Translations under genes and position numbers: made by a program
The notes under the pieces: model-generated
What the model saw: only the letters and a program-made list of their open reading frames with translations
Databases searched by the model: none
Told to the model about the DNA's origin: nothing
Shown: piece by piece, positions 7,653 to 17,263 of the stretch
Position numbering within the stretch: position 1 is the stretch's first letter
Layout of the letters: each line of letters opens with the position of its first letter
NCBI RefSeq assembly: GCF_000017845.1
Contig: NC_010546.1
Coordinates: 1,680,001-1,712,000, forward strand
Origin: Crocosphaera subtropica ATCC 51142
Lineage (GTDB): Bacteria; Cyanobacteriota; Cyanobacteriia; Cyanobacteriales; Microcystaceae
Direction: 5' to 3'
DNA length: 32,000 bases

Positions 7653-9440
7653 ATGATTAAAAATGTTGTTTTTCGCTCTAATTATCGTATTTTAGGAAAA
7701 ATCGGCCAAGGACAATTTGGCCAAGTTTATTTTGCAATTCATCGTCGAACAGGGGAATTTGTTGCCCTTAAAAGTTTAGCAAAAGGCTTTCCAACTAATC
7801 GTTTTTTACGAGAATTTTCATGTTTGGTTAGTTTACGCCATCCGAATATTGTTTCCTGTCAAGCGATTGAATATCATGGAAAAGGACGTTATTTAGTCAT
7901 GGACTATTGCGAAGGGGGAACCCTTCGAGATTTAATGAATGTTTCGGCTGAATTAAGTTTAAAATTACGTCTTGATTTAATTATTGATATTCTAGCAGGA
8001 TTAGAACAAGCTCATCAACAAAATATTATCCATTGCGACGTTAAACCAGAGAATATTTTATTGAGTATAACCCCAGACAAATGGATAAGCAAAGTAACAG
8101 ATTTTGGGATTGCTAAAATTGCTCAACAAAATAGTAATAGTCAGTTAGAAAGCGGGTACACAGGTTCCCCTGCTTATATGGCCCCTGAACGATTTTATGG
8201 AAAATACTCTTACGCTTGTGACATCTATTCTGTAGGCATTATTCTCTATGAATTAATGATAGGGGAAAGACCCTTTTCTGGACTTCCTGGAGATTTAATG
8301 TTAGCCCATCTTAACCAAAGAATTAGTATTCCTGATACAGTTCCTAAACCGTTACAAGATATTATGGTCAAAGCGTTAGAAAAGTTACCTCAAAGACGCT
8401 TTTTATCGGCACAAGGAATGTTAGAGGCTATTAGTCTAGCTAAAAATCAACTTAATCTTAATCGAGAAAATACTAAATTATTTACCGCTATTCGTATATC
8501 TAATTTAAGTCCTCAACTCAATGAGTTTAATGATCTGAATTTTTCTGAGAACATCAACCATGTTATTAATAATGATAATAATGTTTATTTAGCGACCCAA
8601 AATAAACTCATTAAATCATCTTGTGACTCAAACAAAACAGAGATAATTACCTTTAATCACTCTATCAAAAAACTCATAATATTATCTCAAGCCTGTTTAG
8701 TTTTAACTGATAAAAAACAAGGAGAAAATTATCAATATTTATTCTATTACCTTTCTGAAAATAAACCATTCAAAAAAGTCACACCTTGTTTACAACTTAA
8801 AACTAAGGATTTAAAATTTGCTTGTGACTTTCAAGGATATTACTTAGCAACTATTACTAAAACAAATATTCAGGGAATAACTGCTGAATTTAAAGTTTTA
8901 AATTTAGGAAATTTATCTGTTATCAATTCTCCTAAACTCTGTCCTTTCCCTTCTCAATTAATATCCCTCAATACACGTTATGGACTAGCTAGTTTTACCC
9001 GTCTTTCTCAAGGAAATAAGCAAACTTATTTGTATTTATTTAACCGTCGAGGTCATTTTATTAAAGGGTTCTCCGTTCCCTTATTGATTTCGCAATTGAC
9101 TCCCAATAAAGATAATGCTTATGAACTGTTTGGTATTGAAACCGTTCAGCCTAATTATGGTATTTTAATCAAACTTAATCCTTTTAAAATAACAAGAATT
9201 CCCTTAGAATTTACTCCCAATTTTATTATCGGAGAAGCTTGGGGGTACGGGTTAGCAGACACAACAGGAAAATTATTATGCTTAGATAGAGACGGAAACT
9301 ATAGAGGAAAAATGAACTTAGAAATAGAGATTACCGCTATGACAGGGTTAAATGAGAATCAATTATTAATAGCAGCTTGGAAAAATAAACAAGCTACAGT
9401 ATTAACTTTAAATATAACAATACTGGATAAACCAGAATAA
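7653..9440 (+). CDS. Hanks-type Ser/Thr protein kinase with ~320-aa C-terminal beta-rich (propeller-like?) domain of unknown family
   Basis: G-loop GQGQFGQVY, VALK, catalytic HCDVKPENIL, DFG, and SPAYMAPE. The C-terminal half has no motif I recognise. Confidence 0.85.
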   Translation: MIKNVVFRSNYRILGKIGQGQFGQVYFAIHRRTGEFVALKSLAKGFPTNRFLREFSCLVSLRHPNIVSCQAIEYHGKGRYLVMDYCEGGTLRDLMNVSAELSLKLRLDLIIDILAGLEQAHQQNIIHCDVKPENILLSITPDKWISKVTDFGIAKIAQQNSNSQLESGYTGSPAYMAPERFYGKYSYACDIYSVGIILYELMIGERPFSGLPGDLMLAHLNQRISIPDTVPKPLQDIMVKALEKLPQRRFLSAQGMLEAISLAKNQLNLNRENTKLFTAIRISNLSPQLNEFNDLNFSENINHVINNDNNVYLATQNKLIKSSCDSNKTEIITFNHSIKKLIILSQACLVLTDKKQGENYQYLFYYLSENKPFKKVTPCLQLKTKDLKFACDFQGYYLATITKTNIQGITAEFKVLNLGNLSVINSPKLCPFPSQLISLNTRYGLASFTRLSQGNKQTYLYLFNRRGHFIKGFSVPLLISQLTPNKDNAYELFGIETVQPNYGILIKLNPFKITRIPLEFTPNFIIGEAWGYGLADTTGKLLCLDRDGNYRGKMNLEIEITAMTGLNENQLLIAAWKNKQATVLTLNITILDKPE

Positions 9441-9444
9441 TTTA

Positions 9445-9475
9445 GAATGTAGAAAAGAGCAACAGTTCTACATTC
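9445..9475. terminator. Bidirectional hairpin between the convergent kinase and gatB genes
   Basis: GAATGTAGAA-aagagcaacag-TTCTACATTC, a 10-bp perfect stem with T/A-rich flanks on both sides. Confidence 0.6.
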
Positions 9476-9494
9476 CAAATTTTACACTTTATAA

Positions 9495-10982
9495 TTATCC
9501 ATTTAACAGTTTTTCTGCTAATTGGTTGGTTAATTTAGGATCAGCGCGTCCCCCGGTTTCTTTCATCACTTGTCCAACAAAGAAACCTTTTAACTTTTTC
9601 TTCCCTCCCCGATATTTTTCCACTTCTGAAGGGTTCGCTTCCATTAATGCTTCAATGACCTTTTCAATTTCTGCTGGATCAGAAATTTGGGTCATTCCTT
9701 TGCTTTCTACAATTTTCTTAGGAGAACCACCCTTTTCTAACAGTTCTGGGAGAATTTCTTTAGCAATTTTGCCGCTAATAGTTCCTTTTTCAATCAGTTG
9801 AACTAACTCCCCCAAACTGTCAGGTTTGAGGGCAATTTCGATGATACTTAACTTACTATTGTTTAAGTAGGCTGCAATATCCTGGGTGACCCAGTTGGCC
9901 ACTAATTTTGCATCAGCCCCCGTGTTAACGGCCGTTTCGTAATATTCGGCTACCTCACGATCGTCGGTTAACACGCGCGCATCATAGGCAGATAACCCTA
10001 ATGCTTCTTCGTAGCGTTTCCGTTTTTGCGCTGGCAGTTCAGGAAGTTCTTGTTTCCAAGCGTTTAATTTTTCCTCAGATACTTCTAAAGGTGGAAGATC
10101 CGGTTCAGGAAAATAGCGATAGTCACTCGATCCCTCTTTTTTCCGCATGGAAATGGTTTCTTGGTTGCTTTCATCCCATAAACGGGTTTCTTGGTAGATG
10201 GGATCGCCGTTTTCTACTGCTTCTATTTGTCTTTCGATCTCGTACTCGATCGCTTTTTGAATGGCACTAAAGGAGTTCATATTTTTGATTTCGACTTTCG
10301 TCCCGAACTCTTTTTGTCCTACCGGACGCACAGAAATGTTCACATCGCAGCGCAAAGATCCCTCTTGCATGTTACCATCACTAATCCCTAAATAACGCAC
10401 CAGACGGCGTAATTCTTGGGCGTATTCGGCTGCTTCTTGTCCGCTTCGGATATCTGGTTCTGATACAATTTCTAATAAAGGAACGCCAGTGCGATTAAAG
10501 TCTACTAACGAGTGGGTAGACCCGGCCAAGCGATCGCTTCCTGCATGGACGAGTTTTCCTGCGTCTTCTTCCATGTGTAAGCGAGTAATACCAATGGTTT
10601 TACGGGTTACTTCTTTGCTTTTTTTATCGACTAATTCAATTTCTAGCGAACCATGTTCGACAATGGGGAGGTCAAACTGAGAAATTTGGTAATTTTTGGG
10701 GAGATCGGGATAAAAGTATTGTTTTCGGTCAAATTTACTGTAGGGAGCAATTTTCGCATTCAACGCCAACCCTAGTTTAACAGCAGAGGCTAAAACTTCC
10801 TCATTAAGAACTGGTAAGACTCCAGGATATCCCAAGCAAATAGGACACACATTCGTATTAGGGGGACTATCAAACTCAGTTGAACAATTACAGAATATCT
10901 TACTGGTGGTGTTGAGTTGACAGTGAGTTTCTAGTCCGATAATGGCTTCGTATTCGGTTTTGACGGGTGTTGCGGTGGTCAT
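9495..10982 (-). CDS. gatB: Asp/Glu-tRNA(Asn/Gln) amidotransferase subunit B
   Basis: 495 aa with [21 protein letters not shown], the conserved Cys cluster and a C-terminal YqeY-like tail. Confidence 0.92.
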   Translation of the reverse strand: MTTATPVKTEYEAIIGLETHCQLNTTSKIFCNCSTEFDSPPNTNVCPICLGYPGVLPVLNEEVLASAVKLGLALNAKIAPYSKFDRKQYFYPDLPKNYQISQFDLPIVEHGSLEIELVDKKSKEVTRKTIGITRLHMEEDAGKLVHAGSDRLAGSTHSLVDFNRTGVPLLEIVSEPDIRSGQEAAEYAQELRRLVRYLGISDGNMQEGSLRCDVNISVRPVGQKEFGTKVEIKNMNSFSAIQKAIEYEIERQIEAVENGDPIYQETRLWDESNQETISMRKKEGSSDYRYFPEPDLPPLEVSEEKLNAWKQELPELPAQKRKRYEEALGLSAYDARVLTDDREVAEYYETAVNTGADAKLVANWVTQDIAAYLNNSKLSIIEIALKPDSLGELVQLIEKGTISGKIAKEILPELLEKGGSPKKIVESKGMTQISDPAEIEKVIEALMEANPSEVEKYRGGKKKLKGFFVGQVMKETGGRADPKLTNQLAEKLLNG

Positions 10983-11295
10983 AAACTAATTATAGGTGAT
11001 AACAAATAACCTAATCTATTTTATCGTAATTAAATCGAAAAATTAGGAATTAATCTCACTAACAAGGTTAAAAAGGCAGTTACCACAGCAACAATAATGG
11101 GAACAATTAAAGATTTTACTACCTTTTAAATCTTCAACATCGTTAACTGAAGGGTAGTGTATTATAAGTAGTGAAAGTCGAATTTTGGCTTATGTTTCTA
11201 TTAGAAGAAGAAAAAAAGTTAAAAAAATTTTTAAATCTGGGATAATTATCTATAGTTTAGATAGAAATTCTAATAACTCAGCAAAACAATTAGTA

Positions 11296-11478
11296 ATGGA
11301 TAAAGACTTTTCCTTAACTTCTCGTCCATCTTGCCCCTCTTGCGGTTCAAACCAAATCGTGAAGAAGGGAAGTACACATCATAAGAAACAGAAGTTTTTA
11401 TGTAAAGAATGTGGTCGTCTCTCTTGGTCGGTTGGACTTGCGCCGTGCGACGCGCGTCCCCCGACCGCAATTCATTAA
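11296..11478 (+). pseudogene. Remnant of an IS transposase N-terminus (IS1/IS1595-style zinc ribbon), truncated after ~41 codons
   Basis: MDKDFSLTSRPSCPSCGSNQIVKKGSTHHKKQKFLCKECGR is a CxxC..(17)..CxxC transposase zinc ribbon. The reading frame then runs into a GC-rich hairpin and stops. No catalytic domain follows. Confidence 0.5.
11426..11466. repeat. GC-rich interrupted hairpin (GGTCGG-tt-GGAC-tt-GCGC ... GCGC-GTCC-c-CCGACC) at the breakpoint of the transposase remnant
   Basis: 14 paired positions read directly. The local GC content is far above that of the surrounding AT-rich DNA. Confidence 0.5.
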
Positions 11479-11494
11479 ACGCTTACAAACTAGC

Positions 11495-11610
11495 TAACCT
11501 CAATTCGGGATAAGCTAGAAGGTTAATCAAATCGTTGCCTAAAACACCCATTATTTCGTTGCATATGCTCTAACTCCGACCTCCGAACTCCTAACTCCGA
11601 ACTCAGGTTA
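11495..11610 (+). mobile_element. 116-bp MITE-like element, copy B
   Basis: It has the same TIRs and TA ends as copy A. The heptamer array ctaactc-cgacctc-cgaactc-ctaactc-cgaactc is at 11570..11604. Confidence 0.75.
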
Positions 11611-11662
11611 GCTAACTTAATCGAAGGTGCTAGTGCTAGATATGGGTTTCGGGAAACGATAG

Positions 11663-12220
11663 TTAGTCACTGCTATCAAAATGCAAACGGGCTGTTCCTA
11701 AATATAACCCCTGACTATCCATTCCTTCAGAAAACGCCTCAACACCAAATAAATAAATCCCTCCATGTTGTGGATTTTCCTCCGCTTTTAAATCTAAGGT
11801 TACTTTGTTGCCAGGTTGTATCGGTTCGTCAAAGACGATCGTGACTTGACCATCTTGTGATTGACCGCCAATACTACTTAAAGCAACCCTTTCTCCATCT
11901 ACGAAATGATTACTGGCAAACGCGCGACTTTCATTGACCGTAAAATTAATCTGTTCAAAATTAGGTTTTTGGGTAATCGTCACAGCTTTTAAAGGTTGTC
12001 CAGCATTGTCAGGGACAGAAATGGTAAAAGAATAGGTTGAAGAGACGCTAGGGTTGTAATAAGTCGCTTCTGTTGCCACTAATTTAGGAGAGTGACTAAA
12101 AATTTTACTTCTGTGATCTGAATTTAACGCAATCGCTGGTAAGCTCAACAGACTGGTTGTGATGACTATTCCTAAAATCGAGCTTATCTTACCATTAAAA
12201 TTCTTTTGCTTATTCAACAT
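11663..12220 (-). CDS. Secreted cyanobacterial hypothetical protein (signal peptide; possibly DUF2808 family)
   Basis: 185 aa with an N-terminal hydrophobic signal (ILGIVITTSLLSLPAIA) and the SD AAGGAGA upstream of the ATG. The family name is from memory only. Confidence 0.55.
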   Translation of the reverse strand: MLNKQKNFNGKISSILGIVITTSLLSLPAIALNSDHRSKIFSHSPKLVATEATYYNPSVSSTYSFTISVPDNAGQPLKAVTITQKPNFEQINFTVNESRAFASNHFVDGERVALSSIGGQSQDGQVTIVFDEPIQPGNKVTLDLKAEENPQHGGIYLFGVEAFSEGMDSQGLYLGTARLHFDSSD

Positions 12221-12459
12221 TGTCTTATTCTCCTTATCTATAGAGAGTCACAACCCTTTTATGGGGTTGTCATCTATTCATTCCTCACATCAAAGTTTGC
12301 TTAAAAAAGTTAGCCAGTTGATGGTGTTTCTTCTCTTGCAAATGATCTGGCTACTTAATTCTGTCTTTTTCTTGACAGTTCTATTATTTTATGTTAACGC
12401 ACTTTTAAAAATTTCTTCAACAAAGAAACCTACAGGATGAGACGATGAGGAAATTAGAT

Positions 12460-13137
12460 TCAGGTTTCAAAGGGCCAAATGAACTTAGTGTACAAATAAG
12501 CAATAGTCTCCATAATCACAGATTTTATCCCTGCGCTAGTTTTCCACCAAGACTTAGAATTAGGGGTCGAAAAGGCGATCGCCCCCACTTTGATCTCCGG
12601 TTCTAATAGGGTTCTAAAGATTAACCAACTGCGACGGGTATGAACATCATAGGAATAGATATTGATAGCCTTAATGTTCAAATCTGAAGCTAATAACCAT
12701 TGTTTAACCGCTTCTGCACTAGCTGCTGTTCGGTTAACAGAGACAGTTTTATTAGGAACTGAAACGACTTGATCCCGATCTAACCCTAAAGCGATCGCTG
12801 TAGCTGCTGCTAAGTCAGCGAAGGTTTTATAGTCACTTAAATATTTACCCCGTCCTATCTCATTTCCTGTGGTGATCATCAAACGATAATTCTTGTCTTG
12901 GAATTGGGCGATCGCTCCTTCGATGGTGATATCGGGAACCCATCCTTCTATAACCATGACTTCTGCCTCTACAGGACGATAAACTCTCAAAAATGGATTA
13001 ATAAACAGGACAAAACCAATTACGACTAATATCAGCACAAGGAATAACAATAACCATCCTCTGAGAGTTAATGTCCATTGAGGTTTATATTCAAGTAATC
13101 CCCAAAATTTTTGATTAGGAAATTGAGAGAACAGCAT
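12460..13137 (-). CDS. DUF218 / YdcF(ElyC)-like protein with N-terminal transmembrane anchor
   Basis: One TM helix, then a ..ITTGNEIGRG.. core and ..INIYSYDVHTRRS.., resembling the SGG...H.xR pattern of DUF218. It contains three HIP1 sites. Confidence 0.55.
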   Translation of the reverse strand: MLFSQFPNQKFWGLLEYKPQWTLTLRGWLLLFLVLILVVIGFVLFINPFLRVYRPVEAEVMVIEGWVPDITIEGAIAQFQDKNYRLMITTGNEIGRGKYLSDYKTFADLAAATAIALGLDRDQVVSVPNKTVSVNRTAASAEAVKQWLLASDLNIKAINIYSYDVHTRRSWLIFRTLLEPEIKVGAIAFSTPNSKSWWKTSAGIKSVIMETIAYLYTKFIWPFET

Positions 13138-13147
13138 GGTTTATGAA

Positions 13148-13807
13148 TTAAGAAACAGAGGCAGAGCGTTGTTGTTTAAGATAAGTAAATACGGATTTAT
13201 CTCCAATATCAGGGGTTAAAGGTTGGATGGCTTTTCGTAGGGCAAAAATAATAAATAAACCTGCCCATATTCCTAGTAAAGCTTGTTCGATCTCCACAGA
13301 CAAAACGCCAAATAAGTGACCTAATAAAAGGATGGGAACCAGGGGAGTTAATAATTTCGTTTCGAGACGATTAAAACAAAAAGCCTCTTTAAAATAGATT
13401 CCGGTTAAGGCAACGAAAATAAATCCTATCCCCAATAAAGTAAGGGGAGTTTGGTAAACGCATAAAGCGAATGGCTCTTGACAAGATATAGACAGAACTA
13501 TGGCGGTTAGGGTTCCAATTCCCCAACAGACTTGTAAGAAACGATGGAGAGGGATCAAGTAAATATGAATAGTTATTAAGCTAATGCCCAAACCAAGACA
13601 AAATAAGGTAAGTAGGGGAGTGAGTAACGTGAGGGTCAAAGAAGTTGCTCCTCTGACTAAAATTAAGCCACTTCCCACAGCAAAACTTAAGGCCGATAAA
13701 ATTAATCCAGCACGATAAATTTTCACTTCTCTTAGGTCTTCTGGGGTAATCGTATATTGTCCAAATTGTCCTTGATACACTTCTAAGGGTTCGTAGGTAG
13801 TCTTCAT
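13148..13807 (-). CDS. Polytopic integral membrane protein (possibly DUF2301 family)
   Basis: 219 aa with about 6 hydrophobic helices after a soluble N-terminal YQGQFGQYTITPEDLREVKIYRAGL segment. It lies 10 nt upstream of the DUF218 gene. Confidence 0.5.
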   Translation of the reverse strand: MKTTYEPLEVYQGQFGQYTITPEDLREVKIYRAGLILSALSFAVGSGLILVRGATSLTLTLLTPLLTLFCLGLGISLITIHIYLIPLHRFLQVCWGIGTLTAIVLSISCQEPFALCVYQTPLTLLGIGFIFVALTGIYFKEAFCFNRLETKLLTPLVPILLLGHLFGVLSVEIEQALLGIWAGLFIIFALRKAIQPLTPDIGDKSVFTYLKQQRSASVS

Positions 13808-14203
13808 AGTTCTCTTTGTCTTGTGTTTACGATTAAATTGTATCGTTTTTTTACAGGAAAGAAAGTGCTTTTTCTTTAATTATAAAATTCTCGTTAAAAT
13901 TCAAGGGGAAGACCAATTATTTGAGCTATCATTAACCTTTAAAAAATAGAAGTTTATTTACAAAATCTACGATTAAAATATTGAATTGTAAAATAATGCT
14001 ATGAATGTTGATTCTGAACAAAATTAAAGAGCTAGAATAATTATAGTAATAAGTAAGGTGCTAGGCAGAGAGAAACAATTTAGCGACCGATAAAGTGTGG
14101 TGTGAGGTAGTGAAAGTCCCATGAACTACTATGTTTAGGGCAATTTGAATAACACAGCAGTTTGTTATGAAAACACTGCTCCTTACACTCTTTGGAGGTC
14201 AAA

Positions 14204-14965
14204 ATGGTTAACAATTCAGTTAAGTTTATCGCTTTAGGTACATTAGCCGCTGTTGGCGCATTAGGATTCGTTTCTGAAGCGCAAGCTCAACACTTTAAGT
14301 ATCCCGAAACCAGAATGGTTTCTGAAGGATCACCTTCTCCTGTTGATTGGGACGGCAATCCCGGCCCTCGCGCTTTTGAGCGTACCATCCGCAAAGTGGC
14401 TTTTGAATGTGTTCCTCAAGCAGATGGCAGTTATGCCACTGAAGAACGGGTAGTAGAAATTACCTTTAATCCTGCAAAAGCTGCACCTGTTGGTAGCACT
14501 TTTGATCCTCATAACCCTTATAGTGGTGGCGTGTATTCACGCGAGGATGTTTCTACTCAGTACATCGCATTGGGTGAATTAACTGGACAACCCATGATTC
14601 TATGGACCGAAGATCGTCCCTCTAGTCATCCTGATGGGGTATATACTCCCCAAAGCCGTTGTGAAACCGTTAGTGCGCGTTTAACCAATCTCGCCTACGC
14701 CTTTGGTGAAACCACTCCTGTAGGTGTTGCACAAGCATTCACTGAAAGAATGGCCACAGGTATCGTTAACGGAGAAAGAGTTATCTTTATGTCCTACGAT
14801 CCTGAAAACGTTTCTACCGATAACGTTGTCTTCACTTTGAAGCCTGAGAACGGATTAACCTTTGCCGAAGCGCAAAGAACCCTTGCTCAGTTCAACAATT
14901 CTATTTCCCCGGCGATTGGGGGCTTAGAAGAAGATCCCGCCAAACTTCCTCCTATTGTTGAGTAG
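14204..14965 (+). CDS. COP23-domain protein (circadian oscillating polypeptide family), secreted/peripheral
   Basis: Signal peptide ..GFVSEAQA. The core PMILWTEDRPSSHPDGVYTPQSRCETVSARLTNL matches the COP23 signature (..W.. ytPqxRCexVSxRf). I use the ATG at 14204, preceded by GGAGG at 14194-14198, rather than the TTG at 14192. Confidence 0.7.
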   Translation: MVNNSVKFIALGTLAAVGALGFVSEAQAQHFKYPETRMVSEGSPSPVDWDGNPGPRAFERTIRKVAFECVPQADGSYATEERVVEITFNPAKAAPVGSTFDPHNPYSGGVYSREDVSTQYIALGELTGQPMILWTEDRPSSHPDGVYTPQSRCETVSARLTNLAYAFGETTPVGVAQAFTERMATGIVNGERVIFMSYDPENVSTDNVVFTLKPENGLTFAEAQRTLAQFNNSISPAIGGLEEDPAKLPPIVE

Positions 14966-14976
14966 GTTCACCTGTA

Positions 14977-15016
14977 GGGAAAGAGCCTTAGTATATTTAT
15001 ATTCTTTCCCTTTTTT
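14977..15016 (+). terminator. Intrinsic terminator 1 after the COP23 gene
   Basis: GGGAAAGA ... TCTTTCCC stem followed by TTTTTT. Confidence 0.65.
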
Positions 15017-15018
15017 GC

Positions 15019-15055
15019 TAGAGAGTTAGTATGGCACTGCTCTCTATTTTTTTTT
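15019..15055 (+). terminator. Intrinsic terminator 2 (tandem) after the COP23 gene
   Basis: TAGAGAG ... CTCTCTA stem followed by a 9-T run. Confidence 0.6.
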
Positions 15056-15239
15056 AGATCACTTTTTTTATATCAATTTCAACTTCTTTTAGACCCAGAA
15101 ATAATTGTTACTTTTTTACACAATTCCTAGAATTTCTTAGGTTTATTTATAAAGTTTTTATCCAAGCATCCCAAAACTAAGCTAGAATTGTGAAGAAATC
15201 TGTAGTAATGTAACTATACTCTTCTCACTACCGTAACCT

Positions 15240-17033
15240 ATGTCTCTTCCCATTCGTAACGTCGCTATTATCGCTCACGTCGATCACGGTAAAACGACCC
15301 TGGTTGATGCCCTTCTCAAACAGTCCGGTATCTTCCGTGAAGGGGAAGAGGTTCCCGACTGCGTTATGGATTCTAATACCCTCGAACGGGAACGGGGTAT
15401 TACCATTCTCTCGAAAAATACAGCCGTTCGCTACGATGACACCCTCATTAACATCGTTGACACCCCCGGACACGCAGACTTTGGGGGAGAAGTCGAACGA
15501 GTATTAGGAATGGTCGATGGTTGTATCTTGATTGTAGATGCCAATGAAGGCCCTATGCCTCAAACCCGTTTCGTTCTCAAAAAAGCCTTAGAAAAAGGGT
15601 TGCGTCCCATCGTTGTCGTTAATAAAATTGATCGCCCTCAAGCTGAACCGGACAAAGCAGTGGATAAAGTCTTTGACCTCTTTGTAGAATTAGGGGCCGA
15701 TGACGATCAATGTGATTTTACAACCCTTTATGCTTCTGGGTTATCGGGGTTTGCCAAAGAAAACTTAGAGGATGAGTCAGAAGACATGAAACCTCTATTT
15801 GAAGCCATTTTACACCATGTTCCCCCGCCAGCCGGCGACGTAAACAAACCCCTCCAACTGCAAGTTACCACCCTTGACTATTCTGATTATTTAGGACGTA
15901 TTATTATTGGTCGTATCCACAACGGAGTGATCAAAGCAGGACAACAAGCAGCTTTGATGAAAGAAGATGGTAGCATTGTTAAAGGAAAAATTAGTAAACT
16001 GTTAGGGTTTGAAGGACTACAACGGGTAGAATTAGAAGAAGCAACTGCCGGTTATATCGTTGCTGTGGCCGGGTTTAGTGATGCGAATATCGGAGAAACC
16101 TTAACCTGCCCCGATGAACCCCAAGCGTTACCCTTAATTAAGGTGGACGAACCCACCCTACAGATGACCTTCTCTGTTAATGACTCACCTTTTGCTGGCC
16201 AAGAAGGGAAATTCGTCACCTCCAGACAGTTACGGGATCGCTTAGACCGTGAGTTAGAAACCAATGTGGCCTTACGGGTTGAGTCAGGAGACTCCCCGGA
16301 TCAATTTTTAGTTTCTGGTCGGGGTGAACTCCATTTAGGTATTTTAATTGAAACCATGCGTCGAGAAGGGTACGAGTTCCAAGTAGCCCAACCTCAAGTT
16401 ATCTATCGTGAAGTTAACGGCCAACCTTACGAACCCTTTGAATACCTAGTCTTAGATGTTCCTGAAGAAGCAGTGGGATCTTGTATTGAACGCTTAGGCC
16501 AACGGAAAGGGGAAATGCAAGATATGCAAACCGGTGTTAATGGACGGACTCAGCTAGAGTTTGTCGTCCCTGCCAGGGGTTTATTAGGGTTCCGTGGAGA
16601 CTTCATTCGCATCACCAGAGGTGAAGGGATCATGAACCATAGTTTCTTAGAATATCGTCCCATGTCTGGGGAGTTAGAAACCCGTTACAATGGTGTCATT
16701 ATTGCCTTTGAGGAAGGGGTATCTACTTTCTACGCCATGAAAAACGCAGAAGATCGCGGAGTTTTCTTTATTACCCCTGGAACAAAAGTCTATAAAGGGA
16801 TGATCATTGGTGAACATAACCGTCCTCAAGACTTAGAATTAAATGTGTGCAAAACGAAACAGTTAACCAACCATCGTGCAGCCAGTGGAGATGAATTAGT
16901 TCAACTTCAGGCCCCTGAAGAAATGAGTTTAGAACGGGCCTTAGAATATATTGGTTCTGATGAGTTAGTAGAAGTCACACCAGAGTCTATTCGTTTACGC
17001 AAGATGAAAGCGAAAAAATTAGCAAAACGTTAA
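15240..17033 (+). CDS. typA: Translational GTPase TypA/BipA
   Basis: 597 aa with [34 protein letters not shown] and NKIDR. This is the EF-G-like domain order typical of BipA. Confidence 0.95.
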   Translation: MSLPIRNVAIIAHVDHGKTTLVDALLKQSGIFREGEEVPDCVMDSNTLERERGITILSKNTAVRYDDTLINIVDTPGHADFGGEVERVLGMVDGCILIVDANEGPMPQTRFVLKKALEKGLRPIVVVNKIDRPQAEPDKAVDKVFDLFVELGADDDQCDFTTLYASGLSGFAKENLEDESEDMKPLFEAILHHVPPPAGDVNKPLQLQVTTLDYSDYLGRIIIGRIHNGVIKAGQQAALMKEDGSIVKGKISKLLGFEGLQRVELEEATAGYIVAVAGFSDANIGETLTCPDEPQALPLIKVDEPTLQMTFSVNDSPFAGQEGKFVTSRQLRDRLDRELETNVALRVESGDSPDQFLVSGRGELHLGILIETMRREGYEFQVAQPQVIYREVNGQPYEPFEYLVLDVPEEAVGSCIERLGQRKGEMQDMQTGVNGRTQLEFVVPARGLLGFRGDFIRITRGEGIMNHSFLEYRPMSGELETRYNGVIIAFEEGVSTFYAMKNAEDRGVFFITPGTKVYKGMIIGEHNRPQDLELNVCKTKQLTNHRAASGDELVQLQAPEEMSLERALEYIGSDELVEVTPESIRLRKMKAKKLAKR

Positions 17034-17053
17034 TTTTTTGATTGTGGTGATTA

Positions 17054-17090
17054 AAAGGTTGGATAGATTTCTCTGTTCAACCTTTTCTTA
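17054..17090 (+). terminator. Intrinsic terminator after typA
   Basis: AAAGGTTG-(16 nt)-CAACCTTT followed by TCTTATC (T-rich). Confidence 0.55.
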
Positions 17091-17232
17091 TCTATACTGC
17101 TATAATAACCTGCGTTCGACGGAAGAGAATCTATGGAGAACTGATATGAAATCTCTTTGAATACTATACTTTATAGCAGGGGGAGCAGAGGAAGCCGTAG
17201 TTTCAAACACCTATTATCTCGTAAAAAAAGAC

Positions 17233-17260
17233 TCAACTCCTAACTCCTAACAGCGAACTC
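17233..17260. repeat. Solo heptamer array (tcaactc-ctaactc-ctaacag-cgaactc) related to the MITE internal array
   Basis: It has the same CNAACTC unit as the arrays at 7604..7638 and 11570..11604. It abuts the mrpB stop codon. Confidence 0.5.
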
Positions 17261-17263
17261 GCC

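Noticed and set aside
9526-10680. Plus-strand ORFs antisense to gatB (9526..9801, 10001..10270, 10191..10391, 10489..10680)
   Set aside because: They are embedded in the strongly supported gatB CDS and have no motifs or RBS. They are shadow ORFs.
11030-11140. Minus-strand frame upstream of gatB reading MLKI*KVVKSLIVPIIVAVVTAFLTLLVRLIPNFSI*, which looks like a small TM peptide of the photosystem or b6f small-subunit type
   Set aside because: An in-frame TAA follows the fourth codon and no alternative start lies downstream of it. I recognise no match to known Psb/Pet/Psa/Ndh small subunits. It is probably a chance ORF in AT-rich DNA or a dead relic.
11171-11183. Shared 12-mer GTAGTGAAAGTC at ~11171 and ~14108
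   Set aside because: By rough estimate, dozens of chance 12-mer coincidences are expected within a 32-kb window, and the flanking sequence does not align.
12159-12260. 5' part of the 93-aa plus-strand ORF 12159..12440
   Set aside because: It overlaps the start of the minus-strand signal-peptide gene by 62 nt. Only the distal intergenic part (12321..12440) is kept, as a weak finding.
17097-17180. 9-bp inverted repeat (CTGCTATAA ... TTATAGCAG) with a ~65-nt loop containing GTTCGAC, considered as a tRNA-like gene or sRNA
   Set aside because: No cloverleaf can be drawn: there is no acceptor stem and no proper T-arm GGTTCGAATCC context. The stem is short. It lies between convergent genes and may be only part of the terminator region.
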